A stretch of 64,000 nt of DNA from Nibricoccus sp. (GTDB lineage Bacteria; Verrucomicrobiota; Verrucomicrobiia; Opitutales; Opitutaceae): positions 2,624,001-2,688,000 of the forward strand of contig JASGHG010000001.1 in NCBI GenBank assembly GCA_047602425.1. The letters run 5' to 3'. Shown here piece by piece: positions 9,360 through 18,035 of the stretch. Made by a program: the position numbers and the translations under genes. The stretch's first letter is position 1; every line of letters starts with the position of its first letter. The notes under the pieces are model-generated. The model was not told where the DNA came from and did not search any database. It was given only the letters and a program-made list of their open reading frames with translations.

Positions 9360-11672
9360 ATGCGCCTCTGCCTCATTTACCTCTTGTCCGTAGTTTTAGT
9401 TTCTAGCGGGCTTCTCCATGCCCAGGCACCCGCTGCGCGTTCCGGCCCGCGTGTTGGCTACGTTTACCCGGCCGGAGGCAGGCAGGGTACGACCTTCACC
9501 GTCTACGTTGGCGGACAATTCCTTGAGGGCGTGTCCGAGGCGCAGTTTTTCGGCGACGGTATTTTCGCCAAGGTCGTCGACTATCTTCGCCCAACCAATC
9601 AAAAGGAGGACGAAGAGTACAAAGCCGAGGCGGAAAAACTCCGCGAGAAACGCCGTCTTTCGCGTCCCAATACTCCGCAACCGAGTCCTGAAACGCCACG
9701 CCCTGTCTGGACGACTGAAGACGATAAACGCGTCGAGCAATTGCGGAGTCTTCTCGCATATCGCATGAACCGCCAGACTGCCCCGGCCATCTGCGAGGCG
9801 GTGGTTTTGGAGGTCACGGTCGCCGCTGAGGCCGCCCCCGGCGATCGCGAGCTCCGCCTGCGCAACATCAACGGCCTTTCGAACCCTCTGCTCTTCGTCG
9901 TGGGTCAATTGCCCGAATCGACCGAACCACCTGCTCATCCTAATACCCAGGCGCCCGAGGGCCGCAACCCCGACAATCCTCGGCCACCGCCGCCCAATCC
10001 CGAGCGCATGGTCACATTGCCCGCCATCGTCAACGGCCAGGTTTTGCCGGGCGAGGTCGATCATATCCGTTTCAAGGCCACCCAGGGCCAAAAGCTCGTA
10101 GTCGCCGTTCGTGCGCGCGGTCTCATTCCTTATCTTGCCGACGCTGTGCCGGGCTGGTTTCAGGCTACACTCGCCTTGCAGGATTCAAAGGGCCGCGAAC
10201 TCGCCTACGACGACGACTTTCGGTTCAACCCCGACCCAGTTCTCTATTACGAGATCAAGACTGATGGTGAGTACGTCGTTGAAATCAAGGACTCCATTTT
10301 CCGCGGCCGCCAGGATTTCATCTATCGCGTCTCGATTGGCGAACTTCCTTTTATCACCAATCTTTTCCCGCTCGGAGGTCCTGTTGGCGCAAAAACCGCA
10401 GTCGAGGTTCACGGCTGGAATCTCTCCGCATCCAAGGCTCTGATGGACGCCACTGGTCGCGAACCGGGCGAACTCATGCTGGCCGTGCCGCGCGACGGCG
10501 TGCTGTCCAATCAGGTCGCCTTTGCCCTCGATGCCGATCCCGAATGCACCGAGGCCGAACCCAACAATGATCTCGCCCACGCACAAAAAATCACCCGTCC
10601 GATCATTGTGAATGGCCGCATCGAAAAGCCCGGTGACCGCGATGTATTTGGTTTTGATGGCCGCGCGGGTGAGGAAGTTGTGGTCGAAGTTTTTGCTCGT
10701 CGTCTCAATTCGCCACTCGACTCCATTTTGCAGCTCCTTGGTCCCGACGGTAAGCAACTTGCGGCCAACGACGACTCGGTGGACAAGGGTGACGGACTCA
10801 ATACGCACCACGCCGACTCGCGGATCAGCTTGAAATTGCCGGTGGACGGCGCGTACACGATCCATTTGGCAGATACACAACATCAGGGCGGGCCCGAATG
10901 TGCCTACCGACTGCACGTTCGCCCGCCTCATCCGGATTTCGAATTACGCGTCGCCCCTTCGAGCATCAATGTCCGCGGTGGCGCGCATGTGCCCGTGACC
11001 GTTTTCGCGCTGCGGAAGGATGGTTTTGCCGGCGGGATCGAGCTTGGCTTGCGTGACACCTTGCGCGGCTTCGGTCTGAGCGGCGCGCACATTCCGGCCG
11101 GGCAGGACAAGGTTCGCCTTACCCTAACCACACCAGCCACTCCACGGGATGAAGCTTATCCGGTGAATTTTGTCGGCCGCGCGACGATCGACAGCAAACA
11201 AGTCGTGCGCGAAGCCATTCCAGCCGAGGACATGATGCAGGCCTTCGCCTACCGCCACCTCGTGCCTGCGAAGGAAATGAAAGTACAAGTCGTCGGCCGC
11301 GGTGGCGTTCCAAAGTCTGCACTCCGCCTCGAAGACAAAACACCCTTGAGACTTCCCGTAGGCGGCACGGCAAAGTTCCGCGTTGCGGTGCAACTCGGGA
11401 AACAATTCGAAAATATCAAAGTCGAGCTGAGTGAACCACCCGAAGGCATTTCGATTCAAAAAGCCGATGAAGGGCCTGGCGTGATGGAAGTCGTTTTTGC
11501 CGCCGACGCCGCCAAAACAAAAATCGGCCAGCAGGGAAACCTTATCCTCATCGCCACTGGCGAACGCGTAAACGCTAACGAGAGGAAAGAGGAAAAAGGA
11601 AAAACGAAAAAAGCCCCCCGCGCGACCCTCAGCGCCTTGCCCGCAATCGCCTACGAAATCGTTGGTCCGTAG
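9360..11672 (+). CDS. Secreted PPC (pre-peptidase C-terminal) repeat protein
   Basis: Signal peptide; YVYPAGGRQG, EAEPNND, IVNGRIEKPGDRDVF, LAANDD. Usual partner of DUF1501/DUF1549 genes. Confidence 0.75.
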   Translation: MRLCLIYLLSVVLVSSGLLHAQAPAARSGPRVGYVYPAGGRQGTTFTVYVGGQFLEGVSEAQFFGDGIFAKVVDYLRPTNQKEDEEYKAEAEKLREKRRLSRPNTPQPSPETPRPVWTTEDDKRVEQLRSLLAYRMNRQTAPAICEAVVLEVTVAAEAAPGDRELRLRNINGLSNPLLFVVGQLPESTEPPAHPNTQAPEGRNPDNPRPPPPNPERMVTLPAIVNGQVLPGEVDHIRFKATQGQKLVVAVRARGLIPYLADAVPGWFQATLALQDSKGRELAYDDDFRFNPDPVLYYEIKTDGEYVVEIKDSIFRGRQDFIYRVSIGELPFITNLFPLGGPVGAKTAVEVHGWNLSASKALMDATGREPGELMLAVPRDGVLSNQVAFALDADPECTEAEPNNDLAHAQKITRPIIVNGRIEKPGDRDVFGFDGRAGEEVVVEVFARRLNSPLDSILQLLGPDGKQLAANDDSVDKGDGLNTHHADSRISLKLPVDGAYTIHLADTQHQGGPECAYRLHVRPPHPDFELRVAPSSINVRGGAHVPVTVFALRKDGFAGGIELGLRDTLRGFGLSGAHIPAGQDKVRLTLTTPATPRDEAYPVNFVGRATIDSKQVVREAIPAEDMMQAFAYRHLVPAKEMKVQVVGRGGVPKSALRLEDKTPLRLPVGGTAKFRVAVQLGKQFENIKVELSEPPEGISIQKADEGPGVMEVVFAADAAKTKIGQQGNLILIATGERVNANERKEEKGKTKKAPRATLSALPAIAYEIVGP

Positions 11673-11687
11673 GTGACTGGTTTTGTG

Positions 11688-13019
11688 TCAACCCGCCGCT
11701 GTCCGCTTGCGCACTGCCGAGGCGCCGCTGCGGGCATGGAGCAGTTCTCTCCGCAACCAGTCCAAAGCGGCATTCACGGCGCGGACCTGCACGGCCGCGC
11801 GCGGGCCGGGATAACAAAGCCGTTTCGACCAGACGCCCTGCGGCGAGTAGAGCGCGACAAAAACGGTGCCGAGCGGGTTTTCCGCCGTGCCGCCACAACA
11901 CCCCGTGAACCCTGTTACCGCCAGTGCGTAGTCCGAACCCATGCGTTCAGCGGCGCCGGTGGCCATCGCGACGGTATTTTCGGCGCTGACCGCGCCGTGT
12001 TGTTCGAGAATACACTCGGGAACGTCGAGCAGCAGAACCTTCGATTCGTTGCTGTAGCAGACGCAGCCGCCCGCGAAAAATTTGCTGGAGCCCGCAATGT
12101 CGGTGAACGCGTGAGCGAGCAGTCCGCCCGTCGCGGTCTCGGCTACGGAGAGCATTTTTTCTTCCGCGCGCAACAGGTCGCCGACGACTTTTGCCATCGA
12201 ATCGTGCCCGTAACAGATCAAGTCTTCGCCGAGCGCACGACCGCATTCGCGTGCGATGGCCTCAAGCTGTGTGTAGGAAAGTTTACCATCTGGCGAACTG
12301 AGCCGGCAGTCGACCTGCCCTTGGTGCGCGCAGAACGCGATGCTCAATGCATCGCCGTGGCGATTGAAGATCGGAAGCAGTTTGGTCTCCAGCGCCGATT
12401 CGCCGACGCCGGCGGTGCGAAATTGCACGTAGGCCTCGCGATCGAGCATCAGCCCGAGCTTGGCCAGTCGGGGCACCACTTGATCGAGAAACATCGGTTG
12501 CATTTCAGTGGGCGGACCGGGAAGCATGACCAGAACCTTACCATCTTGCTGTATCCAAAGTCCCGGCGCGGTGCCGTTGGCATTGGGCAACACCTCGGCC
12601 CGTTCCGGACGATAAGCTTGTTTTAAATTGTTCGGCGTCATTTTTCGGCCGAGGCGCGCAAACAGTTCCTCGATGGATTTTTCCACCGCGACGTCGTGCA
12701 CGAGTTTCTGGCCCAGGATTTCGGCGATGACTTCGCGCGTGCGGTCGTCGCAGGTTGGGCCAAGGCCGCCCGTGGTGATGACCACATCCGCGTTTCGCCA
12801 GCTTTCGGCAAACTGCTTGGCAATGGCATCGGCCTCGTCGGTCACCGTCACATTTCTTCGAAGCAGAACTCCCCGACGCCCGAGTTGCGTGCCGAGGAAA
12901 CTGAGATGAGTGTTGGTTGTCAGCCCAAGCAGCAACTCGTCGCCAAATGTTAGCAACTCGTAGCGTTTGTTAATGACAGGTGCGCGCCCATCGTTGGTAG
13001 TCGGTGTGGGTGAAACCAT
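11688..13019 (-). CDS. cinA: CinA-family protein (molybdopterin-binding-like domain plus NMN deamidase domain)
   Basis: GDELLLG, TTGGLGPTCDDRT, NANGTAPG, LPGPPTEM, AETATGG, HGAVS. Confidence 0.9.
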   Translation of the reverse strand: MVSPTPTTNDGRAPVINKRYELLTFGDELLLGLTTNTHLSFLGTQLGRRGVLLRRNVTVTDEADAIAKQFAESWRNADVVITTGGLGPTCDDRTREVIAEILGQKLVHDVAVEKSIEELFARLGRKMTPNNLKQAYRPERAEVLPNANGTAPGLWIQQDGKVLVMLPGPPTEMQPMFLDQVVPRLAKLGLMLDREAYVQFRTAGVGESALETKLLPIFNRHGDALSIAFCAHQGQVDCRLSSPDGKLSYTQLEAIARECGRALGEDLICYGHDSMAKVVGDLLRAEEKMLSVAETATGGLLAHAFTDIAGSSKFFAGGCVCYSNESKVLLLDVPECILEQHGAVSAENTVAMATGAAERMGSDYALAVTGFTGCCGGTAENPLGTVFVALYSPQGVWSKRLCYPGPRAAVQVRAVNAALDWLRRELLHARSGASAVRKRTAAG

Positions 13020-13056
13020 ACTTTGCCGGACAGAAAAATAGTTTAATATAGCGAAA

Positions 13057-14541
13057 ATGCCAGTCACCGAGCCAAATCGTGAGGAGCCATTGAGTCTCAA
13101 GGAGAAAGTCCGCCGTCTTCCGGACAAACCCGGCGTTTATTTAATGAAAGACCGGCTTGGCGGCATCATTTATGTCGGCAAGGCCAAGAGTCTTAAGAAA
13201 CGGGTTTCCAATTACTTCCAGCCAGCGCGCAGCTTGGCGCTGCACCCCAAGATACGCGCGCTTATCGAGATGATTGCGGATTTTGATACCATTGAAGTGA
13301 AGTCCGAACCCGAGGCTTTGCTCCTCGAAGGCCGCCTGATCAAGCAGTGGAAACCGAAATATAATACGGATTTTACCGATGACAAACGGTTCCTGCTCGT
13401 GCGCATCGATCTGCACGAGGAAATGCCGCGCTTTCGGCTGACCCGCGTCAAAAAAGACGACCGTTCCCGCTATTTCGGGCCGTTCCCGCACAGCAGCCTG
13501 CTGCGCAAGACCCTCGCGCAGATGCGCCGGCAATTTGGCATCATGCTGGCCGACGCCGCGCCGCAAAAACTTCCGGACGGACGCTGGAAGCTCTACGACG
13601 ATGTTCGCCAGGAAATTTACGACGCGCCCAACGAAGTCGCAACCGACGATTATCGCCAACGCGTGGAGCGCGCCTGCGATTTCCTCGACGGTCGGTCGCG
13701 CGAATGGCTGGAATTGTTGCGCGTCGAGATGCGCACGGCCGCCGAAAAGCAGGAATACGAAAAAGCCGCGGAATTGCGCGACGTCGTTTTCGCCCTCGAA
13801 AAAACGCTGGCGAAGACACGCCGCTTCGAGCGCGAGCGCCCGCTGCCCTCGATTGACGCCGCCGCCTTGAACGCGTTGCAGGAGGTGCTTGGCCTCAAGT
13901 CTCCGCCGGCCCACATGGAATGCTTCGATATTTCGCATATCTCGGGTACGTTTGTTGTGGCTTCGATGGTTCATTTTTCCGACGGCCGGCCCGACAAGGA
14001 CAACTACCGTCGTTTCCGGATCAAAAGCTTCATCGGCAACGACGATTTTCGCGCGATGGAGGAAGTGGTTGGGCGCCGCTACCGCCGCCTGCACGAGGAG
14101 CAACAACCGTTTCCCGATCTCGTCGTGATCGACGGCGGACGCGGGCAGATTGCCGCAGCCTTGAAGGCCTTTATCGCGCTGGGGGTCGAGCCACCTGCCA
14201 TGATCGGCCTCGCGAAGAAGATGGAAACAATCATTTTTCCGGACGAGCGCCCTCCGCTCAATCTCTCGCTGGCACACGGCGGCCTGCAATTGCTTCAACG
14301 CCTCCGTGACGAAGCCCACCGTTTTGCCAATACCTACAATGCCGATCTGCGCTCGAAAAAAATCCGCGAATCCGTTCTCGACGATTTTCCTGGAATGGGC
14401 GACGTGCGCCGCGCTGCGCTAATGAATCATTTTGGCGATATCGATAAGTTGCGCGCTGCGACGGAGGAGCAGATTGGCGAAGTCGAAGGATTCGGCCCGA
14501 AGCTGGCCGCGGAGCTTTTCGCATTTTTGCACCCGAAGTAG
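13057..14541 (+). CDS. uvrC: Excinuclease ABC subunit C
   Basis: GIY-YIG PGVYLMKD..IIYVGKAKSL, UVR domain, ECFDISH, DGGRGQ, RDEAHRFA, HhH. Confidence 0.95.
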   Translation: MPVTEPNREEPLSLKEKVRRLPDKPGVYLMKDRLGGIIYVGKAKSLKKRVSNYFQPARSLALHPKIRALIEMIADFDTIEVKSEPEALLLEGRLIKQWKPKYNTDFTDDKRFLLVRIDLHEEMPRFRLTRVKKDDRSRYFGPFPHSSLLRKTLAQMRRQFGIMLADAAPQKLPDGRWKLYDDVRQEIYDAPNEVATDDYRQRVERACDFLDGRSREWLELLRVEMRTAAEKQEYEKAAELRDVVFALEKTLAKTRRFERERPLPSIDAAALNALQEVLGLKSPPAHMECFDISHISGTFVVASMVHFSDGRPDKDNYRRFRIKSFIGNDDFRAMEEVVGRRYRRLHEEQQPFPDLVVIDGGRGQIAAALKAFIALGVEPPAMIGLAKKMETIIFPDERPPLNLSLAHGGLQLLQRLRDEAHRFANTYNADLRSKKIRESVLDDFPGMGDVRRAALMNHFGDIDKLRAATEEQIGEVEGFGPKLAAELFAFLHPK

Positions 14542-14557
14542 GACCTGAAATAAAACC

Positions 14558-14625
14558 GGCGACGACGGCGCGTCGCCCTCCATCCCAGCGATGGCATTTT
14601 TGGAGGGCGGATCGCCGTGTCCGCC
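14558..14625. repeat. Inverted doublet of GGAG-type REP-like palindromes between convergent genes
   Basis: Minus strand TGGAG-GGCGACG-CGCCGT-CGTCGCC (14558-14582) and plus strand TGGAG-GGCGGA-TCGCCGTG-TCCGCC (14601-14625). Confidence 0.55.
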
Positions 14626-14636
14626 GTTTCGGGCTT

Positions 14637-15479
14637 CTACCTTTTCAATCGCACGATCCAGTCGAAGACACGCATGGGCAGCAGCCACTTCAAAGCGAGA
14701 AAAACTTTTGCGTGGTTCGGCGCGGCATAGTGGGTCTTCGGACGTCGGGCTGTCAGCGCGCATTCCACGACTCTGGCGATGTCATCTGGTTTACCGGCGA
14801 TGCTTTTTAGTTTTCTGGCTCCGCCTTGAAAACTTTGTGCGAAAGGTGCGTAAGGCCCGGGGTTCTTCACGACATCAGCCGAAACTCGGTCGGCCGCATC
14901 GATGAACTCGGTCAAAATAAAACCGGGCCGCACGAGCACGACGTCGATGCCGAAAGGTTTCAGCTCTCCACGTAGTCCGTCGCTAAACGCTTCGAGGGCG
15001 TGTTTGGTCGAATCGTAAACCGAGGTGAGGGGCCGGGCGATCTTGCCGGCGACCGAACCGATGTTAATGATTCTTCCACCGCCTTGCGCGCGCATCACGG
15101 GAGCGACGAGTTGGATTAATCCGAGAACTCCGAAGACATTGGTTTCAAAATTTCGCCGGATCGCGTCGAGGGGCACTTGCTCGACCGGACCGCGTTGACC
15201 GAAACCAGCGTTGTTCACCAAAGCATCGATGCGGCCGAAACGGGTGAGCGTGGCTTCGACCCAGCGTTTGCGGTCGGTTTCGCTCGTCACATCGCCAGCG
15301 AGCGCGAGGGTCTGTTTTCCTGCGGGATCGATTTCGGCGCAGAGGGCCTTGAGCCTTTCCTCCCGTCGCGCGGTGAGCGCCACGCACGCGCCTGCCCGCA
15401 CAAGTCGGCGAACCATCGCTTCGCCCATGCCGGAGGAAGCGCCTGTGACGAGAACAATTTGTTGGCTGAGCGGTCGCAC
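14637..15479 (-). CDS. Short-chain dehydrogenase/reductase
   Basis: TGASSGMG, NNAG and YDSTK motifs. Confidence 0.9.
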   Translation of the reverse strand: MRPLSQQIVLVTGASSGMGEAMVRRLVRAGACVALTARREERLKALCAEIDPAGKQTLALAGDVTSETDRKRWVEATLTRFGRIDALVNNAGFGQRGPVEQVPLDAIRRNFETNVFGVLGLIQLVAPVMRAQGGGRIINIGSVAGKIARPLTSVYDSTKHALEAFSDGLRGELKPFGIDVVLVRPGFILTEFIDAADRVSADVVKNPGPYAPFAQSFQGGARKLKSIAGKPDDIARVVECALTARRPKTHYAAPNHAKVFLALKWLLPMRVFDWIVRLKR

Positions 15480-15635
15480 TCAACCACCAGATAGACACTT
15501 CCACCAAACGCAACGCCACAACGTCTTCCGCAATCCGCGCTCGATTCCGCCAACGCGCCGGTTAGTGTTTATGAGCAGTTTCCCTTTTCCGGCTAAGAAT
15601 TTATTCCTTTGTTCGTTAACCCTGCAGAATTCCCA

Positions 15636-17352
15636 ATGAAAAATCCGCTGCTCGCCTTGCTGGCTTTCGTTCCGGTCGTGCTCTTCGCCGAGCCCACGCC
15701 CGTTTCCTCGCAAATCAACTCCGCCACCGTTTACCGCGACCGTGCGGTCGTCACGCGTACCGCCAAAATCGAACTGGCTGCGGGGGAAACCCAGCTCTCA
15801 TTCGAAAAGTTGCCTGCCACGCTCGTGGAGCAATCGCTGCAAGTTTCCGGCCGCGGCACCGCAAGTGCCACGATTCTCGACGTGAGCACGCGCACCACTT
15901 TTGTCGAAGCCACGCCCGACGCGCGGATCAAGGCGCTCGAGGATGAAATCCAAGGTTTGGAGAAAAAAGAACGCGCGCTGACCGATCGAGCCGCCGTATT
16001 GCAGCAACAGCGCGCGCTGGTGGAACGCATTGAAACTTCCGTGACGACACCGCCGGGCAAGGAAAGCACGGGGACGACGCGCCCCGGTTTTGACGAATGG
16101 CAAAAACTGCTCTCTTTCGCCGACGAAAACCGCAGCAAGCTCGCTGCCGAGCAGCAAACACTCGACGCACAAAAGGAAGAGCTCGAAAACAAAAAAGTCG
16201 CCCTCATGGAGCAGCTTAACCAGCTCCGTGGTCAGACCGGCAGCGGCCGGAGTTTCAAAAATGTGATCGTACGGGTTGCCGCGGCGAAGGTCCGGCTCGC
16301 TCGATGTTGCGCTCTCCTACACGGTGCCCGGCGCATCTTGGATTCCGTCGTACGATGCGCGCCTGCGCGCCGACGAACGTGCGGTGGAACTGACGTATTT
16401 CGGTATCGTTCGTCAAAACACCGGTGAAGATTGGAAGAATATCGCGCTGACGTTGTCGACTGCGCGGCCAAGCCTTGGAGGCGGCGCGGCCGAATTGAAT
16501 GCTTGGTTTGTTGATGTTTTAAGGCCGCACCGTCCAACACCTGATCAGACTTCCTTTGCTGGTTACCTAAGTAAAGACGAACGTGCTAAACAAATGTTCA
16601 ACATGGCTGCGCCCGCGCCTGCTGGGGCTGGTTCCATGGAAGGAGCTAACTTGACCGATCCCGTACCTGTTGACGCCTCCCTTGCCACGGCCGAAGTCGA
16701 CAACTCCGCCACCAGTGCGTCTTTTAAAATCGCTGCGGCGGCCACGATTCTCAGCGACAACTCGCCGCAGAAAGTTGGCATCACGACGGCGAAATTTGCG
16801 GCGAAGCTTCAATATCAATCCACGCCGCGCGCGCAGGAAACGGCCTTCCTCTCAGCCTACGTGATCAACTCATCCGAATTTCCGCTGCTCGCCGGCGGCA
16901 TGAACACGTTTCTCGACGACACGTTCATCGCGGCGAGTGCGCTTAAGACCGTGATGCCGGGCGAAAAATTCGAGCTCGCGCTTGGCGCCGATGAAGGCGT
17001 GGCGATCAAACGCAAGCTCGTGAACCGTTTTGCCGAAGACACCGGCCTGACCAGCAAGGGCCGTCGCGTGACCTACGAATTTCTCACGACCGTCACGAAC
17101 AACAAAAAGACCGCCGAGCGCGTCGTCTTCAAAGACCTGCTGCCGATTTCGCGCAACGAGAAGATCGTGGTGAAGCTCATCGGACCGGATCCAAAGGACG
17201 TCGGCACGAAGGATAAACCCAAGGAGGTCACGCTCGAAGAGGACGGCAAAATGGTCTGGCGCCTTGACTTGAAGCCGGGCGAGAAGCGCGAAATTCAATT
17301 CAAGTTCAGCGTTGAGCATCCATCCGACGTGACGGTCACCGGGCTGGAATAA
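15636..17352 (+). pseudogene. DUF4140/DUF4139 (MuiA-like) gene split by a +1 frameshift near 16289-16290 (pseudogene or sequencing error)
   Basis: ORF1 has a signal peptide, ATVYRDRAVVTR and a coiled coil. ORF2 continues SGSLDVALSY..ASWIPSYDARL..QNTGEDW..LSTARP. Removing one G from GCG AAG G TCC joins the frames. Confidence 0.8.
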
Positions 17353-17364
17353 ATAGGTAATTTG

Positions 17365-17423
17365 ACAGGAGGAAACGGAGAGAACGGAGAGGATACTTCT
17401 CTGTTTCCTCTGTTCCCTCCTGT
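17365..17423. repeat. Long imperfect purine/pyrimidine inverted repeat (MITE-like or terminator)
   Basis: ACAGGAGGAAACGGAGAGAACGGAGAG-N7-CTCTGTTTCCTCTGTTCCCTCCTGT. Confidence 0.6.
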
Positions 17424-17480
17424 AAAAACTGAATTTTGGGATTGCTTGCGAAAATCGCGAAGCGGGCTAAAAGTGCGGAC

Positions 17481-17996
17481 ATGTCCGCCCAACGCATCAC
17501 CCCACTGTTAGTTCTTTTCCTCGCCATGTTCCCCTTCGCCAAAGCCGAACCACTTGCCGTAGGCTCTGCGGCTCCAAGCATCACCGCAACGACCGAAACC
17601 GGCGCCAGCCTCACATTGGGCGATGTTTACAAAAAAGGTTTTACCCTCGTTTATTTTTACCCGAAGGCCGACACGCCGGGCTGCACCGCGCAAGGCTGCT
17701 CACTGCGCGACGCCTACGAGGAGCTGACGAAACTCGGCGTGACCGTGATCGGCGTGAGCACCGACAGCGTGGAGGCGCAAAAAGCATTTAAAGAGAAATA
17801 TCATTTCCCGTTCACGCTTATTGCCGACACCGACAAAAAGGTCATGCATGCTTTCGGTCAGGACGGCCTCATGTTCGCGAGCCGGCAGGCATTCCTGATC
17901 GACAAGAACGGCAAGGTGGTCTGGCGCGACTTAAAGGCTTCGACCAAACAACAGGCGGCCGACGCGATTGATGCGCTGAAAAAGCTGGGTGGTTAA
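17481..17996 (+). CDS. bcp: BCP/PrxQ peroxiredoxin with a signal peptide
   Basis: LVYFYPKADTPGCTAQGC, GVSTD, FPFTLIAD; hydrophobic N-terminus ending AKA. Confidence 0.85.
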   Translation: MSAQRITPLLVLFLAMFPFAKAEPLAVGSAAPSITATTETGASLTLGDVYKKGFTLVYFYPKADTPGCTAQGCSLRDAYEELTKLGVTVIGVSTDSVEAQKAFKEKYHFPFTLIADTDKKVMHAFGQDGLMFASRQAFLIDKNGKVVWRDLKASTKQQAADAIDALKKLGG

Positions 17997-18035
17997 AAAC
18001 CGGACGCTCACGGCGTACGCCGAAGGATCGTCGCT

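Noticed and set aside
16276..16300. Programmed ribosomal frameshift in the DUF4139 gene
   Set aside because: No slippery heptamer, homopolymer or stimulatory structure is visible.
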